33,048 bases of DNA from a virus. Its lineage: Duplodnaviria; Caudoviricetes. Numbering within the stretch: the first letter of the stretch is position 1; the number at the start of each line of letters is the position of its first letter. Under the pieces are notes generated by a model. The model did no database searches and was not told where the DNA came from. It saw nothing but the letters and a program-made list of their open reading frames with translations. Shown here piece by piece: positions 9,375 through 19,463 of the stretch. The translations under genes were made by a program, and so were the position numbers. The stretch lies in the IMG/VR virus record IMGVR_UViG_3300008255_000086, positions 1 through 33,048 of that record; one strand, given 5' to 3'.

Positions 9375-9842
9375 ATGATTAAAGAAACATTAAAAAAACT
9401 ACAAGGAACATTCCACTTTGAACTAAGAGATAAAGAAGGAAACCTTAAAGATACATGGGAAGTAAAAAACCTAGTAACAAATGCAGGATTTGCACAACTT
9501 GCTTTACTTGCAGGAGATGCTTCTGCAACACCGTTCACTTACCTAGCAGTAGGAACATCAGCAACAGCACCAGCAGTAACTGATACAACTCTCAATGCAG
9601 AAATAACTGATTCAGGGCTTGAGAGGGCTTCTGGGACTGTTTCACGAGTAACTACAACCGTAACAAACGATACATACCAAATCACTTATACTTGGACAGT
9701 ATCAGGTTCTAAGACCATTGAAGAAGTTGGAGTATTCAACGATGCTTCAGCAGGGACAATGCTGTCACACGCACTCACTACTTCAAAAGCAGTTACATCA
9801 GGAGAAACACTAACGGGTCTATATAAACTGCAGATTTCTTGA
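9375..9842 (+). CDS. Tail fibre/collar-type structural protein
   Basis: KNLVTNAG...YLAVGTS...DTTLNAE...EVGVFN pattern typical of tail-collar/fibre N-terminal modules. Confidence 0.65.
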   Translation: MIKETLKKLQGTFHFELRDKEGNLKDTWEVKNLVTNAGFAQLALLAGDASATPFTYLAVGTSATAPAVTDTTLNAEITDSGLERASGTVSRVTTTVTNDTYQITYTWTVSGSKTIEEVGVFNDASAGTMLSHALTTSKAVTSGETLTGLYKLQIS

Positions 9843-9848
9843 TAGAAT
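9840..9848 (+). promoter_or_regulatory. Extended -10 (TGATAGAAT) for the HNH gene
   Basis: Overlaps the upstream TGA stop; ends 8 nt before ATG 9857, the same spacing as at 1518 and 12495. Confidence 0.45.
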
Positions 9849-9856
9849 AAAGGTAT

Positions 9857-10414
9857 ATGAGATATAAGCAATATATAAAGAAAGATTGTGGACATTGCAA
9901 AATATCTTTTGAGGTACCACCAAGGAATGCACACAGAATATTTTGTTCCATAACATGTTCAAACGCAAAAGGAAAATGGCTTGGGAAGAAAAGAAGTCAA
10001 GAAACTATTGAGAAAATCAGCAAGACAAAGACTGGGAACTCGTTCGCAAACTCTGGTTCATTTAAAAAAGGACAAACACCATGGAATAAAGGAAAAATAT
10101 ATGAAGCAATCCTTGGAGAAAATCACCCAAATTGGAAAGGAGGAGTTACAGACATCAACAAGAAAATAAGACACAGTATAGAGTACAACATTTGGAGAAA
10201 GGCAGTGTACGCAAGAGATAACTGGACTTGCCAACATTGTAAAGTAAAGCAAAGATTTCCAGTAGCACACCACATTAAAACCTTCAAAGACTACCCAGAA
10301 CTTAGGTTTGATGTAGATAACGGACTAACCTTATGCCGTTCGTGTCACAAAAAAGTACACACAGAAATAGGTTGCAAAACAAAATTTACTAAAAGATTAT
10401 TAACAAACGCATAA
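9857..10414 (+). CDS. HNH homing endonuclease with NUMOD3-like DNA-binding region
   Basis: CxxC...FCSxxC, KRSQETIEKIS, GENHPNWKGG, RDNWTCQHC...HHI...NGLTLCRSCHKKVH. Confidence 0.88.
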   Translation: MRYKQYIKKDCGHCKISFEVPPRNAHRIFCSITCSNAKGKWLGKKRSQETIEKISKTKTGNSFANSGSFKKGQTPWNKGKIYEAILGENHPNWKGGVTDINKKIRHSIEYNIWRKAVYARDNWTCQHCKVKQRFPVAHHIKTFKDYPELRFDVDNGLTLCRSCHKKVHTEIGCKTKFTKRLLTNA

Positions 10415-10415
10415 T

Positions 10416-10877
10416 ATGGCAACAATAAAACAAACATACGAATCATCAGACACACTTACAATAACCATTGCATCATTAGCTAACAGTTCTGGTCGTTGTT
10501 CTACTGCACTTGATAACACATCAAACCTAGATATCACAGCAGATGTTGGAGTCAAAGTAAAAACAAACGCATCAGGTACATCAGCAACTGGTTATGTATC
10601 TGTATATCTAGTTCGGTCTTACGATGGAACTTCTTATGATGATGCTTTTGCTGGTTCAGATGCAGCCTTCACACCTGTAAACGCAACACTACTTGGAACA
10701 CTCAACACGGTAGCAAACGCAACTACTTACTACAAAACATTTGATGTTGGAGAACTTGGACTCACACTCCCTCAAAAATGGGCTATTGCAATCGTGAACT
10801 CATCAGGTGCAGCACTTGACTCAACAGCAGGAAACCACGAAATCAAGACAACTCGTAAATATTATTCAGTAGTCTAA
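10416..10877 (+). CDS. Putative tail structural protein
   Basis: Beta-rich, Ser/Thr/Ala-rich; in tail module. Confidence 0.6.
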   Translation: MATIKQTYESSDTLTITIASLANSSGRCSTALDNTSNLDITADVGVKVKTNASGTSATGYVSVYLVRSYDGTSYDDAFAGSDAAFTPVNATLLGTLNTVANATTYYKTFDVGELGLTLPQKWAIAIVNSSGAALDSTAGNHEIKTTRKYYSVV

Positions 10878-10887
10878 CTAAAATGCT

Positions 10888-12495
10888 ATGAGAAATACAT
10901 CAGCATTTCAACCTAACCTAAGTGACTCTCTTAATCAGGGGTTAGTTTCATATTGGAAGTTAGACGAATCATCAGGGAATGCTTCTGATAGTGTTGGTAG
11001 TAATACTGGAACAAACACCAATGTAACTTATTCAACAGGAAAAATAAATAATGGTGCAGTATTTAATGGTACAAGTGCTAAGTTGGTGTCAACAATAAGT
11101 AAGGGAGCAGGAGATGAAACGGTCTCTTTTTGGTTTAATTCTGGTTCATTGTCTGGTACTAGATGGATTTTTTCAAACTGGGTTAGTCCATTTAGTTTTC
11201 TTATATATACTTCCAGCACAACACTAAACCTGTCTACAAGAAATGCCGCAAACACAGTAACTCTTAATGTCAGTGCTGGAACAATATCAACGGGTACTTG
11301 GTATCATGTGGCATACACCAGAATATCTGGTTCTGTGCAGTGGTATCTAAACGGTGTTGCGACAGGTTCAGCACAAGCATCGGCAAATAATGGGTGGACT
11401 GGTAATACTGTAATTGGTTCTACGGGAACAAGTGATTGGTTTAGTGGTACGGTAGATGAAGTTGGTTGGTGGAATCGTGCCTTGTCTGCCGCAGAAATCA
11501 CAGCCCTATACAACTCAACAGCAGGAACAACATATCCATTAAGGTCATATCCATCTTCTACCAAAGCATACTACCCACTTAATGGAAATGCCAACGATTA
11601 CAGCGGAAACCAAAACACAGGAACACCGACTGACATCACTTACCCACAAGGAAGATTTGGACAGGCGGCGAAGTTTAATGGGACAAACAGTCAAATAGGC
11701 ATAGGAACTGGATGGTCTTTTAATAATGCAACCTTTACCACTGTTGTGTGGATGAGATGTACAGAGACTGGCTCTACTGACACTCGTCCTGTTCTGGGAC
11801 AAGGTACTAGCCAATCAACTAATAATCTTTTAGAAATCGGAAGAAGAGCATCTAATGGCAAGTTTACTTGTGCATTTTATGCAAACGACTTAGACTCAAA
11901 CACATCGGTATCAAGTAAAGGCGATTGGGAGTGTTGGATTGTTACCTATAACTCAAGTTCTCGGGAACGAATAATATATAGAAATGGTGTGCGAGATGCA
12001 TCAGATACAGCATCAGCTAACTTCAATGGTTCTGGTACGGTCTATATTGGTTCCTCTAAGTTTGTAACCCCTCACTATTTTTTGGGTAGTATAGATGAAG
12101 TTATCATTGAAAACAGAGTTTGGACAGCAAAAGAAGTAGAAACATATTATAGAAAGAGTATGTTGAATTATAAACAAAACATATTTGCTCGTTTCTTACA
12201 ATCATTCTCAATCTCTGAATCACTCTCACTAGCAGAAACAACATCAGCACTTAGAGCAAGAAACTTCACAACATCAGAATCACTCTCACTAGCAGAAACA
12301 ATCACAGCATTAAAAGGTATTTCATTTACTATTGCAGAGAGTCTAGGACTTGTAGAAGCATATAGTTACGCACGGACTTGGGTATTTAGTATTGCAGAGA
12401 GTTTGGGATTGGTGGAGGTTAAAGCACAGGTAAAGAAGAAGTGGTTAAATGCTACAAAAACAGTATCTAGTTGGACAAATAGAAATAAGAACTAA
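10888..12495 (+). CDS. Tail fibre/adhesin with two LamG (concanavalin A-like) domains
   Basis: GLVSYWKLDE, WYHVAYT, FSGTVDEVGWWNRALS; second copy YYPLNGNAND...GSIDEVII. Confidence 0.88.
   Translation: MRNTSAFQPNLSDSLNQGLVSYWKLDESSGNASDSVGSNTGTNTNVTYSTGKINNGAVFNGTSAKLVSTISKGAGDETVSFWFNSGSLSGTRWIFSNWVSPFSFLIYTSSTTLNLSTRNAANTVTLNVSAGTISTGTWYHVAYTRISGSVQWYLNGVATGSAQASANNGWTGNTVIGSTGTSDWFSGTVDEVGWWNRALSAAEITALYNSTAGTTYPLRSYPSSTKAYYPLNGNANDYSGNQNTGTPTDITYPQGRFGQAAKFNGTNSQIGIGTGWSFNNATFTTVVWMRCTETGSTDTRPVLGQGTSQSTNNLLEIGRRASNGKFTCAFYANDLDSNTSVSSKGDWECWIVTYNSSSRERIIYRNGVRDASDTASANFNGSGTVYIGSSKFVTPHYFLGSIDEVIIENRVWTAKEVETYYRKSMLNYKQNIFARFLQSFSISESLSLAETTSALRARNFTTSESLSLAETITALKGISFTIAESLGLVEAYSYARTWVFSIAESLGLVEVKAQVKKKWLNATKTVSSWTNRNKN
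12202..12420 (+). repeat. Four 60-bp (20-aa) tandem coding repeats FxxxESLxLxE
   Basis: gaatcactctcactagcagaaaca at 12217 and 12277; attgcagagagt at 12331 and 12391. Confidence 0.85.
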
Positions 12496-12510
12496 TATGG
12501 TATAATTAAA
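12495..12510 (+). promoter_or_regulatory. Late-type promoter ATATGGTATAATTAAA, near-leaderless
   Basis: TATAAT ends 8 nt before ATG 12515. Confidence 0.75.
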
Positions 12511-12514
12511 CAAT

Positions 12515-12997
12515 ATGAACCCTGAAATCTCTCAACTAAAAAATCAAATAGCAGAACTCCAAAAGAAAGTAGATGCACTGTATAATCCAGCAACTATTTC
12601 AGAAGTGTTTGTTGGAGCATTGGTGGCGAGAGGATTTCTTAGATATGACAACACCAAAATAATAACTTTCACAAATCCTTCAGGGAAAGACTTTTACTCA
12701 ATATTTGCAAAGTATGCTAACGAGAATATTGCTGTTTCGATTGAGGCTCAAAGCAACTTCATCAAAATAGACTCGATAAATACATCAACGGATGTGCTAA
12801 CAAGTAATAATCATGGATTAAGTAATGGTCAAACAGTTTATTTTGCGACAACAAACACCCCTCCCACGGGAGTTAGTCTATCTGTCTCCTATACCATATC
12901 TAGTGCGACAACAAACACTTTCAAGTTAGATTTTGGGGGTTCTCCGATAAACATAACATCGATTGGCTCTGGGAATCATTATATAAGACCACAATAA
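12515..12997 (+). CDS. Putative tail protein (N-terminal coiled coil, C-terminal beta domain)
   Basis: NHGLSNGQTVYF...YTISSATTNTFKL...GSGNH; a similar module recurs inside the next gene. Confidence 0.6.
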   Translation: MNPEISQLKNQIAELQKKVDALYNPATISEVFVGALVARGFLRYDNTKIITFTNPSGKDFYSIFAKYANENIAVSIEAQSNFIKIDSINTSTDVLTSNNHGLSNGQTVYFATTNTPPTGVSLSVSYTISSATTNTFKLDFGGSPINITSIGSGNHYIRPQ

Positions 12998-12998
12998 C

Positions 12999-15074
12999 AT
13001 GTTCAAAATACCCACAGAAAACAAACAAGTAACTCAAACAAACGAATCCGATAAAGACGGTATTATTTACCGCACAAAGAACATTGACCTTAGTGAAAAG
13101 GGCTATATTAAGCTTTCAGATAGAACAAGAATACTGGCAGACAGTACAACACTAACGGATTTATCTGCATCAGCTCTTCCTGTTATGGCTTTTGGAGCTG
13201 CTAACTCAACACTGTACGCTATTTCAAATAAAAATATTTATAAATCAGGAGTAGTTCAATATTCGAATACGGTTATAAATTGGACAAAAGATGCAGAGGT
13301 AGATGTTCCCACATTAAATGCCAGCGATAATGATATTCTTTCGGTTCGTATGAGAGTGGGTAGTAGTACAACAAACTGGGTTATAGTGGCTAATTCGTCA
13401 GGGAATCTTTATGCAGGAAGCAATTTTAATGATTGGGAAACAATGACCCTTGTGTCAGGGAATGCTTATACTATTGCTGTTTTCGAAAATTTAAATTCGT
13501 TAGCGTACGCAGATGATGATACCGTGAGTCTAATAAGTCTTTCAACAGGCTCAATGACACCAACTATTACCCTTCAACTACCAGTTGGGCGTTATCAGAT
13601 AACCTCAATGGATTGGGCAAACAATAGACTATACATAGGGACTTATTCCAGAGATACTGGGAAAGCACTATTGTTTGAATGGGATGGGCTTACAACACAA
13701 GCCAATACTGCATATAATGTTGGAGCTGGTTCAGTGTATTCTGTGACCAAGTATCAATCGGGAGTTGCTTGTGTTACTTCAATGGGTGAAATCTTCTATT
13801 GTAGTAGTGGATTAAGCAAGCTTGCCTCATTCCCCAACTTCTTTGAAAAGAAAGAACTTTCATTAAGTAGGGGTATCAATGCACCTATTTTAAGGCGAGG
13901 AGTGATAGCTGACGGAGATGACCTATATATATCAGTAAACTCACACAGGAGCAGAAGTGAAGAGGTGGACGGGCAAAGGCAACCATACAACTTTCCTTCT
14001 GGAGTATGGGTATATAATCCAAAAACGGGGCTAAATCTAAAGCACACTATTGGTCAATCCAGTGAGCCCGTAACCAATGCAATCACAACAGGAAATGTAA
14101 ACACAGGAACTGGAGTTATAACTGTCGCAGGAGCAACCGTACCAACAACAGGCACACCTTGTTTTTATTACTCAGGTGCAACTTCTCAAGGGATAGGAGG
14201 ACTCAAATCATCAAATAGATATTTTGTAATCAATGTGAGTGGCACAACCTTAAAACTTGCATCAACTTACGCAAACGCTATTGCAGGGACAGCAATTACA
14301 TTAACAAGTACTGGATTGGATACACAGTTTATAACTTTTAACTCTAACGCAGACTTTGGAGGAATAAATAATAAATATGGAGGTCTTGCACTTATTAGAG
14401 AAATAAACCCTCTTTTCACGACTTCAAGTGGAACAATTAGTAACCTGCTTATAGGTGGATGTGTTCAAGGTGCAACTTCAACAACATCTAATGTTACATC
14501 CATCCATGCAACCCAAAAGTTTCAGGAGAACAGAGGTGTATTTGAAACTCCAAAGCTAGAATCGCAGGAAATAAAAGATATGTTTACCAGTGTAGTAACA
14601 AAGTGGAAGAAAACCTTAAAACCAGAAGACAAAATTATTATTAAATACCGAACAGAAGACAATACACTTCGAGATAGTTACATAGTTTCAAACCCAACAA
14701 TCACTTGGGTGGATTCGACTTCTTATACAACAACGGAGGACATATCTGGGGTGGTAATTGGAAATGAGGTAGAAATTATTAGTGGTGCAGGTGCTGGTTA
14801 TCTTGCTCATATCACCAACATTGAAGAAAGTGGTGGGACATATACGGTGACTATCGATGAGGTAATTGAGAATATTTCAGCTAATGATAAAGCAGCGGTC
14901 ATTTACACTAACTACAACAAATTAACAGCAATAACTGCAATGGAAGACATCGTAAACTCTGCTTCTATTGGTGCTACTGGTTCGTGGATTCAAATAAAGA
15001 TAGAGCTGAGGGGAATCAATTTCAAGCAAGAAGAATTAATTATCGGTAACAACGAACACACACCAGTGTTATAA
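12999..15074 (+). CDS. Tail nozzle / DNA stabilisation protein (P22 gp10-like beta-propeller, putative)
   Basis: 691 aa with propeller-like repeats, C-terminal SWIQIKIELRG; precedes the ejection proteins. Confidence 0.6.
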   Translation: MFKIPTENKQVTQTNESDKDGIIYRTKNIDLSEKGYIKLSDRTRILADSTTLTDLSASALPVMAFGAANSTLYAISNKNIYKSGVVQYSNTVINWTKDAEVDVPTLNASDNDILSVRMRVGSSTTNWVIVANSSGNLYAGSNFNDWETMTLVSGNAYTIAVFENLNSLAYADDDTVSLISLSTGSMTPTITLQLPVGRYQITSMDWANNRLYIGTYSRDTGKALLFEWDGLTTQANTAYNVGAGSVYSVTKYQSGVACVTSMGEIFYCSSGLSKLASFPNFFEKKELSLSRGINAPILRRGVIADGDDLYISVNSHRSRSEEVDGQRQPYNFPSGVWVYNPKTGLNLKHTIGQSSEPVTNAITTGNVNTGTGVITVAGATVPTTGTPCFYYSGATSQGIGGLKSSNRYFVINVSGTTLKLASTYANAIAGTAITLTSTGLDTQFITFNSNADFGGINNKYGGLALIREINPLFTTSSGTISNLLIGGCVQGATSTTSNVTSIHATQKFQENRGVFETPKLESQEIKDMFTSVVTKWKKTLKPEDKIIIKYRTEDNTLRDSYIVSNPTITWVDSTSYTTTEDISGVVIGNEVEIISGAGAGYLAHITNIEESGGTYTVTIDEVIENISANDKAAVIYTNYNKLTAITAMEDIVNSASIGATGSWIQIKIELRGINFKQEELIIGNNEHTPVL

Positions 15075-15075
15075 T
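15067..15075 (+). promoter_or_regulatory. Extended -10 TGTTATAAT
   Basis: Overlaps the upstream stop; ends 10 nt before ATG 15086. Confidence 0.55.
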
Positions 15076-15085
15076 ATAAATACAT

Positions 15086-16963
15086 ATGGATTTTTTAAAA
15101 AACCTTTTTAGTGGCTCAAAACAAAGTACTCCCAAAAGTACAGATTTTAATAGTTTTATGAGTAACTACACTCAACCAACAACAAACTACAACAAAGTGG
15201 GCAATCAACCTGTTGTTAGTAATGCTCCAAATATAAGTACACAAACTGGACCGAAATACATTTCACCAACTGCATCAAGTTCACCAGTAAATCTTCCCAC
15301 TATCAAAAGACAACCAGTTTCAACAACTATCCCCGCTTCAAGTCTTTCAACAGAAACAACACCTATTCCAGATTTTAGCTTTGCACCGACTACAAGTAAT
15401 GTTATGGACACACTGCCTGTTTTTGGTTCAGAAGACACAGAACAAAAGGCGACTTCATCAAAGCCAAAGACTCTTCAAGAATCAGTACAAGAGAGACTTG
15501 CCACACAACTTTCAGGTGGTTCTGCAATAGACACTTCTGCTATAAGAGAGCAGCTGCAAATTGACCAAAAAAGAAAACGGTCAAAAGATTTGGAAAATGC
15601 TATTTTACAAAAACAACAACAAGTACAAAAACAAGTTGAAGCACTGGAGAAAAACCCAGAAGGAGTTTTTGGGGGTGCTCTCAATGCACAAATAAATAAA
15701 CTTTCACGAGAAGCATCACGAGAACTTGCAGACCTTTCTATTGCGTATAAGATTGCAAATGATGATTACCAAGGAGTACAATCTACTTTACAGGCATACG
15801 AGAAAGACTTGAAAGACCAAAGAGACTATGAACTCCAAGTTATGAATCAAGCAATGGACTTCCTACAAAACGATTTATCTGAATCTGAAAAGATGCAAAT
15901 TCAACAAAACTTTAAACTCCAAGAGATTGATTATGAAAATCAGTTCAAGGAACTGGCGTCGTCTCAAGAAATAGCACAACAACAAGCACAAGCACAGCCT
16001 TGGGTTACCGCTATCTCAAATGGAACAACTCAACTTAAAGATGTTCCAAAAGAACTCCAAACATCAGTTGTTTCACTTATGAACCAATCAGGTGTAGTAG
16101 ACCCAACAACTAAAGCAAAAACACAATCAGACCTTAGTCTTGCAGATAATTTGTTTGAGTTGATTAACGACCCAGCACTTGGAGCATCAACGGGCTTTCT
16201 TGGAAGTAGATTACCGAGTCTTAAAACCCTCACAGGTGCTACAACAGACTTTAAACGAGCCTTTGAACAGGTTAAAGGGGCTCTTACTGTTGGTAACTTA
16301 GGGCTTATGTCAGGAGTATTGTCTGAAACTGATATTAAGATTCTTGCAGATGAAGCAACTAAACTAAACCTAGACCTTTCAAAAGATGAATTTATCAAAG
16401 AGGCAAAGAATTTACACAGTCTATATGTTTCAAAGATTATAGAAAAACCTTTTGTTGATGTTCAGACAAAAAAACAAGTTTTGACAGATAAAATCTTGTT
16501 AGATGACCCGAACAAATCAGATGAAGAAGTAGCAGAAGAAGTAAATACTTTAATTAAAGCATACTTACCTCAAACCTCTTTTAATTCGGCTGGAAATGCC
16601 TCAGCTTCCGTACAAATACCTCAATCAAGTAGATTGGCGTATGTAAACAATAACCCAGCAAATCTTAGGTTTGCAGGGCAATCAGGAGCGACAGAGGGAG
16701 AAGGTGGATTTGCACGATTCAACTCACCACAAGAAGGATATAATGCTCTTTTAAGACAAATCGAGTTAGACAAATCACGAAATCTATCTGTTTCAAAGTT
16801 TATCAATAAGTTTGCTCCCCCAACAGAAAACGATACGAACAGTTACATTAACTTTGTTGTAAATAGTCTGGGAGTAAGTCCAACAACAAACATATCGCAG
16901 ATACCAACACCACAACTTGCAAAAGTTATGGCATTAAAAGAATCATCAACTAAAATCGCATAA
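15086..16963 (+). CDS. Internal virion/DNA ejection protein with C-terminal lysozyme-like domain
   Basis: Low-complexity N-terminus, Q-rich coiled coil, C-terminal NNNPANLR...FARFNSPQEG...FAPPTENDTNSY (RNNNPGN-type muralytic motif). Confidence 0.7.
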   Translation: MDFLKNLFSGSKQSTPKSTDFNSFMSNYTQPTTNYNKVGNQPVVSNAPNISTQTGPKYISPTASSSPVNLPTIKRQPVSTTIPASSLSTETTPIPDFSFAPTTSNVMDTLPVFGSEDTEQKATSSKPKTLQESVQERLATQLSGGSAIDTSAIREQLQIDQKRKRSKDLENAILQKQQQVQKQVEALEKNPEGVFGGALNAQINKLSREASRELADLSIAYKIANDDYQGVQSTLQAYEKDLKDQRDYELQVMNQAMDFLQNDLSESEKMQIQQNFKLQEIDYENQFKELASSQEIAQQQAQAQPWVTAISNGTTQLKDVPKELQTSVVSLMNQSGVVDPTTKAKTQSDLSLADNLFELINDPALGASTGFLGSRLPSLKTLTGATTDFKRAFEQVKGALTVGNLGLMSGVLSETDIKILADEATKLNLDLSKDEFIKEAKNLHSLYVSKIIEKPFVDVQTKKQVLTDKILLDDPNKSDEEVAEEVNTLIKAYLPQTSFNSAGNASASVQIPQSSRLAYVNNNPANLRFAGQSGATEGEGGFARFNSPQEGYNALLRQIELDKSRNLSVSKFINKFAPPTENDTNSYINFVVNSLGVSPTTNISQIPTPQLAKVMALKESSTKIA

Positions 16964-16964
16964 T

Positions 16965-18725
16965 ATGAACCCAGAAGAATTACAAAAAATACAAGAGTTG
17001 CAAAAAAAATACGGATTAAGTGGTGGTAACTTTTCAGAACCACAATCAGAAATACAATCTGATGTTGCTTTGGTACAGTCAAGACGAAAAGCAATTAAGG
17101 GAAACAAAGGATTTATTGCTGACCTTAAAGGAATTGGTACTGGAATAAAAGAGGACTTAACAAAACGAGGTGAGAATATAGAAGAAATATCTACACTTGA
17201 AAAACAAGGACAAGGTACTGGTACTTCCCTATTTCAAAAATTTGGTCAAGTTGCAGGCGGTGTATCTGATGTTATTGGTCAAACATTTATGGGGGGTGTT
17301 AAAGCACTCACGCCACAACCTATTCAAGAAGCAGTAGGGGAAACTGTACAAACAGGAGTTGAAAAAGTAGTTGATACAGATATTGCACAATCCATTATTC
17401 AGAAGTATCAAAATGCAGACCCAACAACTCAAAAAAACATTGATGCATTACTCGGTATCGGTTCTCTAGCAACAGATGTATTGGGAGCAGGTCTTGCAAA
17501 AAAACCAGTTACACAAGCAGTTAAAAAGGGAATAGAGACTGGTGGAGATGTAATTCAGGCAACGGGAAGAGCAATAGAACCAGTTACTAATATTGCGAAA
17601 GGGACAGTGGCAGGTGTTCAAAACTTAGGGCAAAAAGTTGCAGATGTTCCTTCAAGGATTGGAGCAAATCTAGCAGAACAAACAGCAAAACGAGCAGATA
17701 TAAAATCTCTAAATAATCCAGTAGTTCAAAAGGCTGCCAGAGAGGGTATTGAGGTTACAGACTTACAGACAGTTAGACAAATCCCAAGGGCAGAGCGACC
17801 AGCACTCAAAAAACTTGCAGATACAGTTAAAAACTTTGCAGACGGGAAAACGAAAGTAAGTCCTTTTGAAGTTGTTGGTACACCTATTGTTAAAAGACTA
17901 AAAACTCTTGATAATCAAGTTAAGGGTTTTTCAAGACAACTTGATTCTGTGGCAGAAGGTCTAAAAGGACAGCCGATAAATAATATGGGTTCAGTATGGC
18001 AAACAGTAAGCGATGGTCTAAATAGATTAAAAGTCGGAGTCGCAGATGATGGAAAACTCAACTTTACAGGTTCTCAACTTGAAGGACTTGGTAAAAGTGG
18101 AGATGTGGTAAGCAATGTGTTCAACCGAATCAATCGAGCAAATGATGCTTCTGATTTACATATTCTAAAAAAGTTTATCGATGAAAATGTTTCGTATGGA
18201 AAACGAGTAGAAGGATTGTCGGGAGAAGCAGAAAAACTTCTTAAAGAATGGCGAAGAACCATCGATGCAATTCTGGATGCTCAATTTCCATCATACAACA
18301 AAGTAAACACTGAGTTGTCAAAACGAATACAACCGCTCAATGACCTAAAAGACTTGCTTAAAAATGCAGATGGGCTTGATTCTGATTTGCTTTCCCAAAA
18401 GGCTGGTATTCTTGCACGAAGAATTACAAGTGCATCTCCTTCTAATCCAGAAATTAAACAAATACTAAGAAACTTAGATAAACTTACTGGTAAAAAGGGT
18501 CAGACTCTACTAAGTACAGAACGACTACAAGACTTCTACAACATACTTAACAAGTATTACGACATCGCCCCAAAAACAGGATTTCAAAATCTTGTTAAAG
18601 AGGGTGTAGAAGGCGGAACCACGGCTATCGGTCTCGTAACTGCACCAGCAAAGAAATTGGTGGGTCAAACAGATGCTGTAAGACGAAAGGCTTTTGAAGA
18701 CGCTCTTACAGAATTGTTTAAGTAG
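16965..18725 (+). CDS. Internal virion/DNA ejection protein (putative)
   Basis: 586 aa helical, Gly/Ala-rich; position typical of podoviral ejection proteins. Confidence 0.6.
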   Translation: MNPEELQKIQELQKKYGLSGGNFSEPQSEIQSDVALVQSRRKAIKGNKGFIADLKGIGTGIKEDLTKRGENIEEISTLEKQGQGTGTSLFQKFGQVAGGVSDVIGQTFMGGVKALTPQPIQEAVGETVQTGVEKVVDTDIAQSIIQKYQNADPTTQKNIDALLGIGSLATDVLGAGLAKKPVTQAVKKGIETGGDVIQATGRAIEPVTNIAKGTVAGVQNLGQKVADVPSRIGANLAEQTAKRADIKSLNNPVVQKAAREGIEVTDLQTVRQIPRAERPALKKLADTVKNFADGKTKVSPFEVVGTPIVKRLKTLDNQVKGFSRQLDSVAEGLKGQPINNMGSVWQTVSDGLNRLKVGVADDGKLNFTGSQLEGLGKSGDVVSNVFNRINRANDASDLHILKKFIDENVSYGKRVEGLSGEAEKLLKEWRRTIDAILDAQFPSYNKVNTELSKRIQPLNDLKDLLKNADGLDSDLLSQKAGILARRITSASPSNPEIKQILRNLDKLTGKKGQTLLSTERLQDFYNILNKYYDIAPKTGFQNLVKEGVEGGTTAIGLVTAPAKKLVGQTDAVRRKAFEDALTELFK

Positions 18726-18774
18726 ATAAACACATCTAGTTACAACTTCCGAATAAGTAAAGTACACCATGTTG

Positions 18775-18790
18775 ATATGGTATAATTAAA
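18775..18790 (+). promoter_or_regulatory. Late-type promoter ATATGGTATAATTAAA
   Basis: Identical 16-mer; upstream of the lysis block. Confidence 0.75.
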
Positions 18791-18798
18791 CCAACACT

Positions 18799-19152
18799 AT
18801 GACCGAAAAACAAAAGCAAAAACTACTTAAATTAGCAGAAATAGCAGACAAAGGAGAACTCGCAATTGTGGAGTACATTATGGAACTCGAAGAAAAGATT
18901 GATGAGGCTATGCCATCAATTATAAAAGAATTACTATTAAAAATAAAAGGAGATAAGGGTGACAAACACACAGATGAAGAACTAATAGCCCTTATAACAC
19001 CCCTAATACCTCCAGTACAAGACGGAAAGACACCAACACGAGATGAACTACTTTCTCTTATTAAACCTCTTATACCACAAGTAAAAGATGGTGTTTCTCC
19101 TACAAAAGTGGAGATTATTTGGAAGATAACAATATTAATATGCACAACATAG
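18799..19152 (+). CDS. Repeat-containing protein (KGDKGD, LIxPLIPxVxDG), possibly truncated
   Basis: Repeat pattern stops abruptly near 19105; the tail VEIIWKITILICTT looks out of frame. Confidence 0.6.
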   Translation: MTEKQKQKLLKLAEIADKGELAIVEYIMELEEKIDEAMPSIIKELLLKIKGDKGDKHTDEELIALITPLIPPVQDGKTPTRDELLSLIKPLIPQVKDGVSPTKVEIIWKITILICTT

Positions 19153-19463
19153 AAAAAACAGAAGAATTAAAAGCAATAGAAGAACTAAACGAAATAAACA
19201 CTTGTGCAGAAAATGCTATCAATGAATTTCACGCCTTCACTAAAAAAGCATACGATGTGTTTTGGTTTGGTGAAGTAAGTCCAAAAGTGAAAGCTGAACT
19301 TCTGGGAACAGATGCAATCAGAGTGTTTACAGACAGTGCCGAAGCACAAGCATTTATTGCTAGTAAAATGGAAGGATATATCCCACTTGGAGTACCAGAG
19401 GGATATGAAGTTACATTTAATCAAGATGGAAGTGCAATAATCACAGGAGATTTAATTGAATAA
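19140..19463 (+). CDS. Hypothetical protein
   Basis: Start reassigned to ATG 19140 (A-rich leader aatattaatATG), in frame with the ORF-track call. Confidence 0.7.
   Translation: MHNIEKTEELKAIEELNEINTCAENAINEFHAFTKKAYDVFWFGEVSPKVKAELLGTDAIRVFTDSAEAQAFIASKMEGYIPLGVPEGYEVTFNQDGSAIITGDLIE

Noticed and set aside
12202-12420. CRISPR array or DGR template/variable repeat
   Set aside because: The repeats are in-frame 20-aa coding repeats; there is no reverse transcriptase or cas gene and no adenine-specific variation.
1507-18770. Many minus-strand and off-frame ORFs in the ORF track
   Set aside because: They are shadows of well-supported + strand genes, with no recognisable motifs or start contexts.
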